Positions 18,531 to 27,760 of a DNA stretch of 64,000 nt are shown here, piece after piece; position 1 is the stretch's first letter, and the number at the start of each line of letters is the position of its first letter. Source of the DNA: Promethearchaeia archaeon. Its GTDB lineage: Archaea; Asgardarchaeota; Lokiarchaeia; Sigyniarchaeales; SOKP01. A program made the position numbers and the translations under genes. The notes beneath the pieces are model-generated. The model searched no databases. It saw only the letters and a list, made by a program, of their open reading frames with translations, and was not told the origin of the DNA. Location: NCBI GenBank assembly GCA_046483985.1, contig JAWOCD010000092.1, positions 1 through 64,000 on the forward strand, in the 5' to 3' direction.

Positions 18531-20603
18531 TTGGCGTTTGAAAATAATATTAAAAGTATTGTGCATCCAATGGCTTTTCCGGGTCCAAGATTAGGGAATA
18601 GCACCATGCTCGGAGAGGCTCCTGAAAAATACCTTCTTGATTCAATAAAATTTCTAAAGAGTTTGGATTATTTCACAGGAATTGAAGTAACGCATGTAAA
18701 AGATCCAGAGATTAAGAAGAAGTTTATAAATGCTATTAAATCGTTTAAATATATCACTTATACGGCAGAACCTATCCAATTAATCAACGAAGATAACCTA
18801 ATAGCCTCCACAGATATTAGTTCCATAGATGAATTGGAACGAAAAAATGCAGTTAATCGATTAAAGCGGTATATTAATGAGGCATATGAATATGGGGCAA
18901 AACAATTTACTTTTTTGAGTGGAGAAGACCCTGGCACAGAAAATGGCTTAAAAGATCGAAAAACTGCCACTCATTCATTAATAAAATCAATTGATGAATT
19001 ATGTAGATATAACAAGGAAATAGCAAAATCTAAAAGCAAAAAACCTCTGAAGATGAGTTTAGAAACCTTCGATAGATTGGATGAGCCAAATTGTAAAAAT
19101 CAATTAATGGGTCCCTCTGATGAGGCTCGTTCATTAACTATTGAGATAAGAGACACCTATAATCACGAAGAATTCGGATTATTATACGATCTATCTCATA
19201 TGTTCTTAATAGGAGATGGATACGATCATGAAATCGTTGATGTCATTCGGTCCATTGGACCGTTCTTAAACTGGGTACATATCGCGAATAGTGTAACCGA
19301 TAAGGAAGACCCTAATTATGGTGATACACATGTTTCTGTCGATTATCCCAATGGAACGGTAAATCCAGAGGTACTAAATAAGTTCTTGGAAGTTTTAAAT
19401 GATATTAATTATACTAAAGGAATAAGTTTCGAATATCAACCGCGTGGTCGACAATTAAGTGAATCTGTAGTAAAGATGGCTATGGCGAGATTCGAAGAGG
19501 CCCGGCAACAGATTAATGTCAATTATGCATTAGGTGCGTACAGATTTAAGACCAGAAGATTTCTACCTGAAAAAATTTTCTATATGATTACGAACCAAAA
19601 GAAAGCTAATATGAAATCCGTCTTAGACTTAGAATACAAAAATAGGCAAAAGCGAGAACAGCCTTGGGGAGATAATCTGGTTCTCATTGCGGCAGACCAT
19701 CCCGCTCGGAGGATCACTAACGTGGGATCCGACGAATTGGCTATGGGAGATCGACAACAATACCTTGGAAGAATCGTCAGATGTCTAATGAGTGATGCTA
19801 TCGATGGAGTGATGACTACTCCAGATGTGATGGATGATTTGTTTATCCTCAATTATCTTTTTAAAGAACAAGGAGGAAAAAGCTTTTTAGATAACAAAAT
19901 ATTGCTTGGTTGTACGAACAGGAGCGGACTCTACGGGTCCCAATATGAAATGGACGATATGATCACCGCATATACCATCGAAGATATCGATCGATATGGG
20001 TTAGACGGAGCAAAAATGATGTTTCGGCTGGATCTAGAAACAAAGCAAGCCCGTTACAGTCAGAGAACAATTAAGCGCTGTGCTAATATGGTTCGAAAAT
20101 GCAATTATTATGATATCCCGGCATTTATTGAACCTCTCCCAGTAGAAAGACAGAGAGATGGATCTTATAATGTAATAATGGACTCAGGGGAATTAATTAA
20201 GACGATCGGCGTTGCAACCGCTTTAGGTGGTAATTCTTCCAACATTTGGTTAAAAATCCCTTATGTAGAGAATTACGAATACGTTGTTCGATCCACTTCC
20301 AACCCCATCTTAATGCTTGGAGGGGCAAGTACAGGTAATCCAACTGATATTTTGGTAAATTTTGAGAAAGGACTTGGAGCAGGAAAGAATGTGTTTGGAT
20401 GTCTTTTGGGACGTAATCTCCTTTACCCAGGTCATGATGATCCTCTTGCGGTAAGTATGGCAATTTCCAAAATCATCCATGAAAATGTAAGCACAGAAGA
20501 AGCCGTAAAAACCCTTGCTCAAAATCGGGGAAGAGAAATGGATTACTTAACTTCTAAAATTATGGGAGTTTCACTAACGAGCAAAGATCTTGGTTGGCTC
20601 TAA
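18531..20603 (+). CDS. Fusion of xylose-isomerase/AP-endonuclease-2 TIM barrel and Cgl0159-like class I aldolase
   Basis: N-half: LETFDR, YDLSH, WVHIAN..YGDTH, ISFEY. C-half: AADHPAR, NRSGLYG..EMDD, GAKMM, WLKIP, MLGG, GRNLLYP. Confidence 0.75.
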   Translation: MAFENNIKSIVHPMAFPGPRLGNSTMLGEAPEKYLLDSIKFLKSLDYFTGIEVTHVKDPEIKKKFINAIKSFKYITYTAEPIQLINEDNLIASTDISSIDELERKNAVNRLKRYINEAYEYGAKQFTFLSGEDPGTENGLKDRKTATHSLIKSIDELCRYNKEIAKSKSKKPLKMSLETFDRLDEPNCKNQLMGPSDEARSLTIEIRDTYNHEEFGLLYDLSHMFLIGDGYDHEIVDVIRSIGPFLNWVHIANSVTDKEDPNYGDTHVSVDYPNGTVNPEVLNKFLEVLNDINYTKGISFEYQPRGRQLSESVVKMAMARFEEARQQINVNYALGAYRFKTRRFLPEKIFYMITNQKKANMKSVLDLEYKNRQKREQPWGDNLVLIAADHPARRITNVGSDELAMGDRQQYLGRIVRCLMSDAIDGVMTTPDVMDDLFILNYLFKEQGGKSFLDNKILLGCTNRSGLYGSQYEMDDMITAYTIEDIDRYGLDGAKMMFRLDLETKQARYSQRTIKRCANMVRKCNYYDIPAFIEPLPVERQRDGSYNVIMDSGELIKTIGVATALGGNSSNIWLKIPYVENYEYVVRSTSNPILMLGGASTGNPTDILVNFEKGLGAGKNVFGCLLGRNLLYPGHDDPLAVSMAISKIIHENVSTEEAVKTLAQNRGREMDYLTSKIMGVSLTSKDLGWL

Positions 20604-20834
20604 TGACAGTCAGAAAAAATCTGGAGATGTCGGGATAAGGCGACAAATCCCTTAAAGATCGCGGTAAATAGAAAGTTCATTAAAAGGGTCTGAGTTTACT
20701 TTTTATTTTAAATTCTTCTTTTTTCTATATACTATAAAGATTGAACTTTTACTATATCTGATATTATCATTTTGTAGAAAATCTTTATATTTAATTTAGG
20801 GTTTTTAACTGAATAAGCAAAGAAAGTAAGATGT

Positions 20835-22493
20835 ATGATGAAAATGAATAAAAATGACGAATTATTTTCAGGCACTGGAATTGAATCAATTGGGTTTTAT
20901 GCTCCACGGCATTTTATAGACCTCGAGGAACTCGCGGTAAAGAGAGGTGTAGACCCTGACAAGTTCAAAATAGGTCTGATGTTAAATGAGATGAGAATCC
21001 CTCAATTAGATGAAGATATCATCGCAATGGGAACAAAAGCCGGTCATTATGCCCTAATGCGAGGTAATATCAATCCGAATGATATCGATGCAGTATTTGT
21101 AGGGACGGAAACAATGACTTACGCGGTAAAATCGGTTTCGACCATTTTTTCGCAACTTTTAGGAATTTCTGACAACTCAATTACCCAAGATGTCACCAAT
21201 GCTTGTGCGTCCGGGACATTAGCAATTCTTAATGCTATTGCGTTAGTTGATAGGGAAATCATCAATAAAGCTTTAGTTATATGTGCGGATATAAGTTCCT
21301 ATGAATTAAAAAGTCCGAGTGAACCTACTCAAGGAGCTGGGGCAATTGCATTAGTTATTTCAAAGAGTCCTCGAATTGCAAGATTTAGTAAAAAATTTGG
21401 GAAAGTTTCCGGAAATGTTACAGATTTCTTCCGAGTACCCAGCGAAAAGAACGCCCAAGTATTTGGAAAATATTCTGTAAAGTCATATCTGAATTTTCAA
21501 CTTAAAGCCTATGACGATCTTATGGAAAACCAAATAGGGGAAGAGTTTTATAGCAATTACTATACCTTCCACGCCCCTTTCTCTAAACTACCTGTCAAAT
21601 GTATGCAACAAATCATCGAAAATAGATGGATAAAAGACATTAAGACCTTGTTTGATACAGAGTTAAAGGATTTAACTCTCAATTTTTTCCAAAAATTTCA
21701 AGGGTTCTTTCAAAATATCCTTCAGAAAACATTTACGCTGCCAGAATACATTTATCTTAAATTAAAGGAAAGTGGTCTTTCTTCCCAGAAAATGGAAGGC
21801 CTTTCCCGATGGATACAAAATCACTTTCAAAAGAAGTTACTCCCTCAATTACGGGTACCTTCTCATTTCGGAAACATGTATAGTGCTTCAGTATGGGCAC
21901 AAATTCTGTATATTTTGGAACAATTTGCCAAACCTGAAGAAACCATCTATTTTGGGAGTTACGGTTCGGGAGCGACGTGCATATCTGGGTTATTGAAAGT
22001 CCAAAAGGGAGTTCACGAAGTTTTGAACAAAGGACCAAGAATGTCTGAGTTTATTGAGGATAGAAAGGTTAAATTAAGCATAGAAGAATATGAACAAATA
22101 AAGAAGGGGAGTTTAAGTCCTGAAATTGCCATCGGAAAAATAAAGGAACACGCTCAAAACGAGGATCGTGGATTCACCCTTCATTTTTGCGATAAAGGGT
22201 GCATCATTCCCCCCATTGAGGGGCTAAATCACTGTCCACGTGGTCATGAAGGATTTCATACCAAGTTCTTTCCTCTTTATGCCACACTTGAATCCAAACC
22301 AATTGTACGCGTTGTTGAGGATATGAGCTTCTTGAATGAAGATTATATTAGAGTCAATCCCCAAGCCCATAAAGGATCCACTTTGGAATATGAGGTCAGG
22401 CGAATCGGAGTCATGAATGAAGATAAAGAGCATAATATGCACGGCATCTTGAATTGGGTGCCGACATACAACCTAACAAATAAAATCTACTAA
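20835..22493 (+). CDS. mvaS: Hydroxymethylglutaryl-CoA synthase with internal insertion and C-terminal DUF35-like (Zn ribbon/OB) domain
   Basis: VGTET, NACASGT (catalytic Cys), EPTQGAGA, FHAPFSKL, GNMYSAS, SYGSG; C-terminal CDKGC...CPRGH. Confidence 0.85.
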   Translation: MMKMNKNDELFSGTGIESIGFYAPRHFIDLEELAVKRGVDPDKFKIGLMLNEMRIPQLDEDIIAMGTKAGHYALMRGNINPNDIDAVFVGTETMTYAVKSVSTIFSQLLGISDNSITQDVTNACASGTLAILNAIALVDREIINKALVICADISSYELKSPSEPTQGAGAIALVISKSPRIARFSKKFGKVSGNVTDFFRVPSEKNAQVFGKYSVKSYLNFQLKAYDDLMENQIGEEFYSNYYTFHAPFSKLPVKCMQQIIENRWIKDIKTLFDTELKDLTLNFFQKFQGFFQNILQKTFTLPEYIYLKLKESGLSSQKMEGLSRWIQNHFQKKLLPQLRVPSHFGNMYSASVWAQILYILEQFAKPEETIYFGSYGSGATCISGLLKVQKGVHEVLNKGPRMSEFIEDRKVKLSIEEYEQIKKGSLSPEIAIGKIKEHAQNEDRGFTLHFCDKGCIIPPIEGLNHCPRGHEGFHTKFFPLYATLESKPIVRVVEDMSFLNEDYIRVNPQAHKGSTLEYEVRRIGVMNEDKEHNMHGILNWVPTYNLTNKIY

Positions 22494-22565
22494 AGCGGAT
22501 CTTAGAAGTTTAGACCTCCATTTAAATTCTATTTTTATTCTATTAAAACAAAATTATTAAAGAAT

Positions 22566-23294
22566 GTGTCCTTAAAAGAGGATATGAGAAAAGAAGATTT
22601 GGTTAAACACATAGAATCTCGATTTTCAGACCGACTTAAAAACACGAAGTCCTCCAAGAATCCACATAAACAAATAACCGAGCAAGATCAAATAAAAACG
22701 GGAACAACGACTGTGGGGATAACGTGTAAGGACGCGGTTATCCTTGGTACTGACAAGCGGGCTTCCATGCAATACTTTGTGTCCTCGAAAAGGGCCAAAA
22801 AACTTCATAAAATTCAAGAGCACTTGTATATGACAATAGCTGGGTCGGTAGCTGACGCGCAGAATTTAGTAGATGTTCTCCGTGCCGAAACCAGCCTTTA
22901 TCAATATGAAAAAGAAAAAAAAGTCCGCATCGAGGCTGCTGGGAAAATTTTGGCTAATATATTATTTCAGAATAAAATGACTCCCTATCAAGTAGGGCTC
23001 ATTCTTGGTGGTGTAACAGAAAAAGAAGGAGCCAAACTTTTAAATATTGGAGCATACGGCTCAATTCTACCAGATAAATACTGTGCAGTAGGAAGTGGAC
23101 AAAATTTCTCTTATGGTGTGCTTGAAGCCAAATATAAGGATGATTTATCTATTGAAGAAGGTAAAAATATTGTAATTAGAGCGGTGAAATCATCAATCGT
23201 CCGAGATATGGCATCCGGAAACGGAATCGATATCGCTGTCGTTAAGAAAGATAGTCCAGCGGAACGAGAATTTATTTCCATTAAAGAAAAATAA
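22566..23294 (+). CDS. psmB: Proteasome subunit beta
   Basis: Propeptide then KTG/TTTVG, DKRAS, AGSVADAQ, GSG, RDMASG. Confidence 0.95.
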   Translation: MSLKEDMRKEDLVKHIESRFSDRLKNTKSSKNPHKQITEQDQIKTGTTTVGITCKDAVILGTDKRASMQYFVSSKRAKKLHKIQEHLYMTIAGSVADAQNLVDVLRAETSLYQYEKEKKVRIEAAGKILANILFQNKMTPYQVGLILGGVTEKEGAKLLNIGAYGSILPDKYCAVGSGQNFSYGVLEAKYKDDLSIEEGKNIVIRAVKSSIVRDMASGNGIDIAVVKKDSPAEREFISIKEK

Positions 23295-23448
23295 CTATTC
23301 TTATTTTCTGTCAATTTCACTTTTCTTGTTATTTTCATTCTTTAATTCTTAAAGAAAAACTTTAAATGAAAAGAATGTCGTAATCTTTAATAGACTTATT
23401 TACTTCAGAGAATTAAGATTATACATTAGAATTATGTGATTATAACAG

Positions 23449-24174
23449 ATGAGTTATCGATTAGTAGCAGATTTAAGCCATTCTCAGCGTATCGAAGACT
23501 TCCCCGATTTTGAACTAGGAGAATCTGATTATATTGTAGAGTACATTGAGAAGAGCGAAGGTCCTCTGACCTTTGAACAAATTGATGATTACGATATCTT
23601 ATTTATGGGAAACATTGACCATAAAGAGGGAAGAAAAGCCGATAAATTTACCCCTGAAGAATTAAAGGCAATAAAACGTTTTGTCGGTGAAGGAGGGGGG
23701 TTATTCCTTACAATAGGTGATGGGGGGGATAAGGATATCCCGATGAAAGACGGTTCAGTCCGTGTACTCTATAATGTGACAGGGGTGCGTCGGTTCTGGA
23801 ATGGGAAAATTGTGGAAACCTCTTCAAACTTTCACGTAAAAAAGCATAATCTTTCAATTACGGAATTCTATGCCCATCCGATCGTTGAGGGGATCACAGA
23901 ACTTATTTTACCCAATACCACATTTTTTACCCTAACTGACGATGCTAATGACATCATCAGAACATCAGATAAGGCTAAATTTGAATATTATGACGATGAT
24001 GAAGTGGTCGATATCGGGTCTGTGCCAATCTGTGCCGCATCGAAGTTTCATCGGGGCAGAACTGTCACTGTAGGGTCTGCAAACTTCCTCCTTGACAATG
24101 AATACGGAATTGACGCGGGCGATAATCTCCATTTTTTAGAAAATATAATTAAATGGTTGATGTTTGAGATATAA
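23449..24174 (+). CDS. DUF4350/GIFT (GldG/IFT52-like) class I glutamine-amidotransferase-fold protein
   Basis: DLSHSQ, FTPEELKAIKRFVGEGGGL, HPIVEGI, GRTVTVGS, DNLHFLENIIKWL. Confidence 0.65.
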   Translation: MSYRLVADLSHSQRIEDFPDFELGESDYIVEYIEKSEGPLTFEQIDDYDILFMGNIDHKEGRKADKFTPEELKAIKRFVGEGGGLFLTIGDGGDKDIPMKDGSVRVLYNVTGVRRFWNGKIVETSSNFHVKKHNLSITEFYAHPIVEGITELILPNTTFFTLTDDANDIIRTSDKAKFEYYDDDEVVDIGSVPICAASKFHRGRTVTVGSANFLLDNEYGIDAGDNLHFLENIIKWLMFEI

Positions 24175-24241
24175 CTTATAGATAGAAGGATCTCTCTGCC
24201 AATATCTATCTTTTTATTTTTGAGCTTCTTACCACTTTATA

Positions 24242-25354
24242 ATGGTGTTTCGTATTTTTAGACCAGACTCAAAATCAGTTTGGAATAATGAAGAAATTAG
24301 AGAGCGTTTTTCTCGATACCGGAGCATTATTGATGATGAGAAAATAGCTCGTTATCTCATTGCAAAAACCGTTAAGTGCTCTTTGGAAGGGCAAGAACCT
24401 TTACCACAACTAGAAAAACAACTAAAAGAAAAATCAGCAGTAATTGAGGAACTAGTAGAAAAACCAGCAAGTAAGATTGAAAAGCGCGAAGTAGAGGAAC
24501 AAAATTTTCTTGCCCTTGCTGCAAAGATTGCCTCTCGTTATCTTGAAAATTGCATTTTCTGCGAACGACAATGTAAAGTGAACCGAATAGATGGAGAAAA
24601 AGGATTTTGCTTGATTGGAGAGGATAGTTACGTTTCCTCCAGTTTTTTACATATGGGCGAGGAAGCTCCGCTTATTCCGAGTGGCACGATCTTTTTTCAA
24701 GGATGTAATCTTGGATGCGTATTCTGTCAAAATTTTGAAATCTCCCAAGCTTGGAAAGGAAAACGAAAGCTTGAGGATATAGCCCGGAAGGTGACGGAAA
24801 AGGAATTGGCTAAATTAGGAGATAATCTTGCACAAAAAAATGCATTGAATATCAATTATGTAGGAGGAGATCCCATTCCCAACATTCATACCATTGTGGG
24901 CAGCCTGAATTACCAAACGGCTAATATCTCTCAACTATGGAATTCGAATTTTTTTCTGACGGATAAATCCTTATCACTATTAATCAATCTTATGGACTTT
25001 TGGCTTCCAGATTTTAAATACGGAAATAATGATTGTGGCGTTAAATATTCAGGGGTGAAGCGCTATTTCGATATTATCAGCCACAATCTTAAAAGAATTC
25101 ACGATGAGGGGAGCGGTGAAATTATTATTCGGCACTTAGTAATGCCTAATCATATTGAATGTTGTTCTCTACCAATCTTAGATTTCATCGCAAACGAGGT
25201 GCCCAATTGCGTGGTGAATATCATGGGACAATACCACCCGGCATATCATGCAAATAAATACTCAGAGATTAACCAGCGACCGACTTCAGAAGAAATGGTA
25301 AAAGTGAAAAATTACGCTGACAATCTTGGCATTCTCTACCGACCCGTTTCCTAA
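24242..25354 (+). CDS. pflX: Radical SAM protein, PflX family
   Basis: CIFCERQCKVNR, HMGEE..LIPSGTIFF, CNLGCVFCQN, PDFKYGN, RHLVMP, MGQY.P. Confidence 0.88.
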   Translation: MVFRIFRPDSKSVWNNEEIRERFSRYRSIIDDEKIARYLIAKTVKCSLEGQEPLPQLEKQLKEKSAVIEELVEKPASKIEKREVEEQNFLALAAKIASRYLENCIFCERQCKVNRIDGEKGFCLIGEDSYVSSSFLHMGEEAPLIPSGTIFFQGCNLGCVFCQNFEISQAWKGKRKLEDIARKVTEKELAKLGDNLAQKNALNINYVGGDPIPNIHTIVGSLNYQTANISQLWNSNFFLTDKSLSLLINLMDFWLPDFKYGNNDCGVKYSGVKRYFDIISHNLKRIHDEGSGEIIIRHLVMPNHIECCSLPILDFIANEVPNCVVNIMGQYHPAYHANKYSEINQRPTSEEMVKVKNYADNLGILYRPVS

Positions 25355-25559
25355 ATATGTCGGAGAAATGTTGGTTGGAATAAGGACTCAAAAATTAAGA
25401 TATCCCAAATGGAATTCAAAAGCTGATAATCATTATATTTATCAATGGAATTCTCAACCTAGATTCAAAAAATTATTATTTTTATTTACATTATATCTTA
25501 TATCAATTTTATTGATAATATTGATAAATATCATCTAACATTAATTGATTTGGAAGAAA

Positions 25560-26702
25560 ATGACTTTAAATTTAAAAGATATTAAAGGAATAGGAACAAA
25601 AACCATAAAAAATTTAGAAGAACACGGAATAGACTCAGTGGAGAAACTGGCGGATTTAGATCTAGAAGATCTAACGGATATTAAAGGGATAAAAAAGGAA
25701 TCAGCCAAGAAATTCCAAGAAAACGCGAAGGAATTAATAAAAGAAAAGCAAGAACAAGAAAAAGAGGCTGAACAAGAAGGAGAAGAGGAAATTGACGAAG
25801 AGAAGCAAAAAAGACTTGAAGAAGAAAGAAGAAAGTTAGAAGAGAAAAAAGAGAGGTTAAAGGAAAAACCCGTTGAGGAAGGTGATTTTATCTTAGTAAA
25901 AATCACAGGAAAGACTAGGAAAGGACAAGTGTTTCGAGTATCAAGCGAGGAGGATGCTAAGAAGGCTGGAATCTATGAGGAGAAAAAAGCTCAGCAGGGT
26001 CAATATACCCCCGAGTTTGTGATAGTTGGAAAAGAAGGGTTTGTAAATGAAGGATTAATAGAAACTATAGAAAATATGAATTATTTTGAGAAAAAATCAG
26101 TCAGAATCCCTCCAGCAAAAGCATTCGGTAAACGAGACCCAAAAAAACTGGAACGTATGGGAATACGAAAGTACCGAAGGGTAAATGACGGAAAAAGTCC
26201 AGAAATCGGACAAGAATTTGTAAAAAAGACTCAACAAGGTGCTCAAAGAGGCACAGTACGTCGAATTACCCAAGGAAAAGTTTTGATTGATTACAATCAC
26301 CCTCTTGCCGGTCAACCTATTGACTATAATATTCAAATAGTTGATAAACTCGAGGATTTTGAGGAGAAAATTAAACATGTTATCATGAATAAAAACATCC
26401 CAGAAAAAGCCATCGATGATTTTGAGATTGATTACAATGAAGAAGATAAAAGCCTCACTCTGAAGATCCCACGAATGCTCTTGTTTCAGAATCTGACCTA
26501 TGTGAAATTTGGAATTGCAAGGGACCTACAAAAACATATGAGTGATAAGATTGAAATCGTACGATTTGTCGAGGTTTATGAGAAACCGCCAGAACAACCA
26601 AACACGCAGCAAGCAGTTATGGATAAAGTGAAGCAATTTGAATCTGAAGAAGAGGAAGAACCAAAAAAGACCGAAAATGAAGAAGAAAAATCAGAAGAAT
26701 AA
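25560..26702 (+). CDS. slyD: Archaeal long-type FKBP peptidyl-prolyl isomerase with N-terminal helix-hairpin-helix domain
   Basis: IKGIG and IKGIK HhH motifs, acidic linker, IPPAKAFGKR, IDYNHPLAG. Confidence 0.85.
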   Translation: MTLNLKDIKGIGTKTIKNLEEHGIDSVEKLADLDLEDLTDIKGIKKESAKKFQENAKELIKEKQEQEKEAEQEGEEEIDEEKQKRLEEERRKLEEKKERLKEKPVEEGDFILVKITGKTRKGQVFRVSSEEDAKKAGIYEEKKAQQGQYTPEFVIVGKEGFVNEGLIETIENMNYFEKKSVRIPPAKAFGKRDPKKLERMGIRKYRRVNDGKSPEIGQEFVKKTQQGAQRGTVRRITQGKVLIDYNHPLAGQPIDYNIQIVDKLEDFEEKIKHVIMNKNIPEKAIDDFEIDYNEEDKSLTLKIPRMLLFQNLTYVKFGIARDLQKHMSDKIEIVRFVEVYEKPPEQPNTQQAVMDKVKQFESEEEEEPKKTENEEEKSEE

Positions 26703-26791
26703 ATTTCTCTTTTAACTTATCTTTTACCAAATTTTTTCTATTTCTTTACTTTAAGTCATCAAAATGGGAATAATGACCCTAAGTTTAAAAA

Positions 26792-27490
26792 TTATGTTTC
26801 TTTACCGAACTCTCCCCAGAAATCTTTAAAAACCAGAACTTTCCGTTTTTCTAACCTTGTAAGGGCTTCTGGATATTTTTTAATTTCATTGCCACGCAAT
26901 CCTAGTGCTTTTAATGATTTTAAATTTCCTATCGATTGAGGAAGAGTCGAAAGATAATTATCCGTTAGATCTAGTCTTTCGAGTGATTTTAGGTTCCCAA
27001 TTGATTTTGGAATAGTTCTAAGTTCATTAGATCTTAGATTTAGACATTTGAGTGATTTCAATTTCAATATAGGTTTTGGAAAGGCCTTAATTTTATTGCC
27101 CATAAGCATAAAAGATTTAAGTGACCTTAAGTTGGTAAACGATTCGGGAAGTGTCCTAATGCTATTATTCATTAAATCCAGTAATTCAAGTGCTGTTAGT
27201 TTGCCAATAGAACTCGGGAGTGTGGTTAGATCATTTTCCTCCAAATGGAGTTTTTCCAGGGCTTGGAGGGTGCTGATCGACTCTGGAAGAATTTTCAAGT
27301 TGCACTTAAAAAGTCCTAGAGCAGAAACCCTCTGATTCGTTACTACGAATCCCATTTTTGTATTATGCTTTATTTTCTCTACTTTGGATAGTTCTTTACC
27401 TGTTAGCATTTCCAGTTCTTTGAGCACATTTACTTCTTGCTGAGCAAGTTCTGCTCCCCGAAATGATACAATATCGATTTGTTCATTCAC
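26792..27490 (-). CDS. Leucine-rich repeat protein
   Basis: LPxSIGxLxxLxxLxLxxN repeats. Native start probably GTG 27490; the upstream 55 codons come mostly from an IS remnant. Confidence 0.85.
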   Translation of the reverse strand: MNEQIDIVSFRGAELAQQEVNVLKELEMLTGKELSKVEKIKHNTKMGFVVTNQRVSALGLFKCNLKILPESISTLQALEKLHLEENDLTTLPSSIGKLTALELLDLMNNSIRTLPESFTNLRSLKSFMLMGNKIKAFPKPILKLKSLKCLNLRSNELRTIPKSIGNLKSLERLDLTDNYLSTLPQSIGNLKSLKALGLRGNEIKKYPEALTRLEKRKVLVFKDFWGEFGKET

Positions 27491-27513
27491 TTTTATTTTC
27501 ACTCTATATATGT

Positions 27514-27738
27514 TTGAACTACCACGCCCTAAAGGGCGATGGATTCGTAATTCATCGAGAATCGCCGACACAGATAACATCGGTCTTACATCCCCTCCAA
27601 ACGCCAGCTCCACAGTCCCTGGGGTTATATGATGAACTTGGTTATCGTCCATCAATTACATTATAGTAGCGCTCCTTTATAAATATATATGCGAATCAAC
27701 ACCACCCTAAAGGAGGGATGCTTTCTCGCACTCTAGTG
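27514..27738 (-). mobile_element. Miniature IS200/IS605 derivative with apparently complete omegaRNA-like right end
   Basis: TTAC target, AAAG plus left-end hairpin (ATCCCTCC-TTTA-GGGTGGTG), TnpB C-tail TPGTVELAFGGDVRP, right end GAAT-CCATCGCCC-TTTA-GGGCGTGG-TAGT-TCAA. Confidence 0.85.
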
Positions 27739-27760
27739 GTAAATTTAATTAGGGGGTTAT

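Noticed and set aside
20602-20695. SECIS-like or sRNA hairpins after the aldolase fusion
   Set aside because: The upstream gene has no in-frame TGA and the hairpins are short; insufficient support.
25326-25538. 70-aa ORF between pflX and the FKBP gene
   Set aside because: Overlaps the pflX end, has low-complexity AT-driven composition and no motif.
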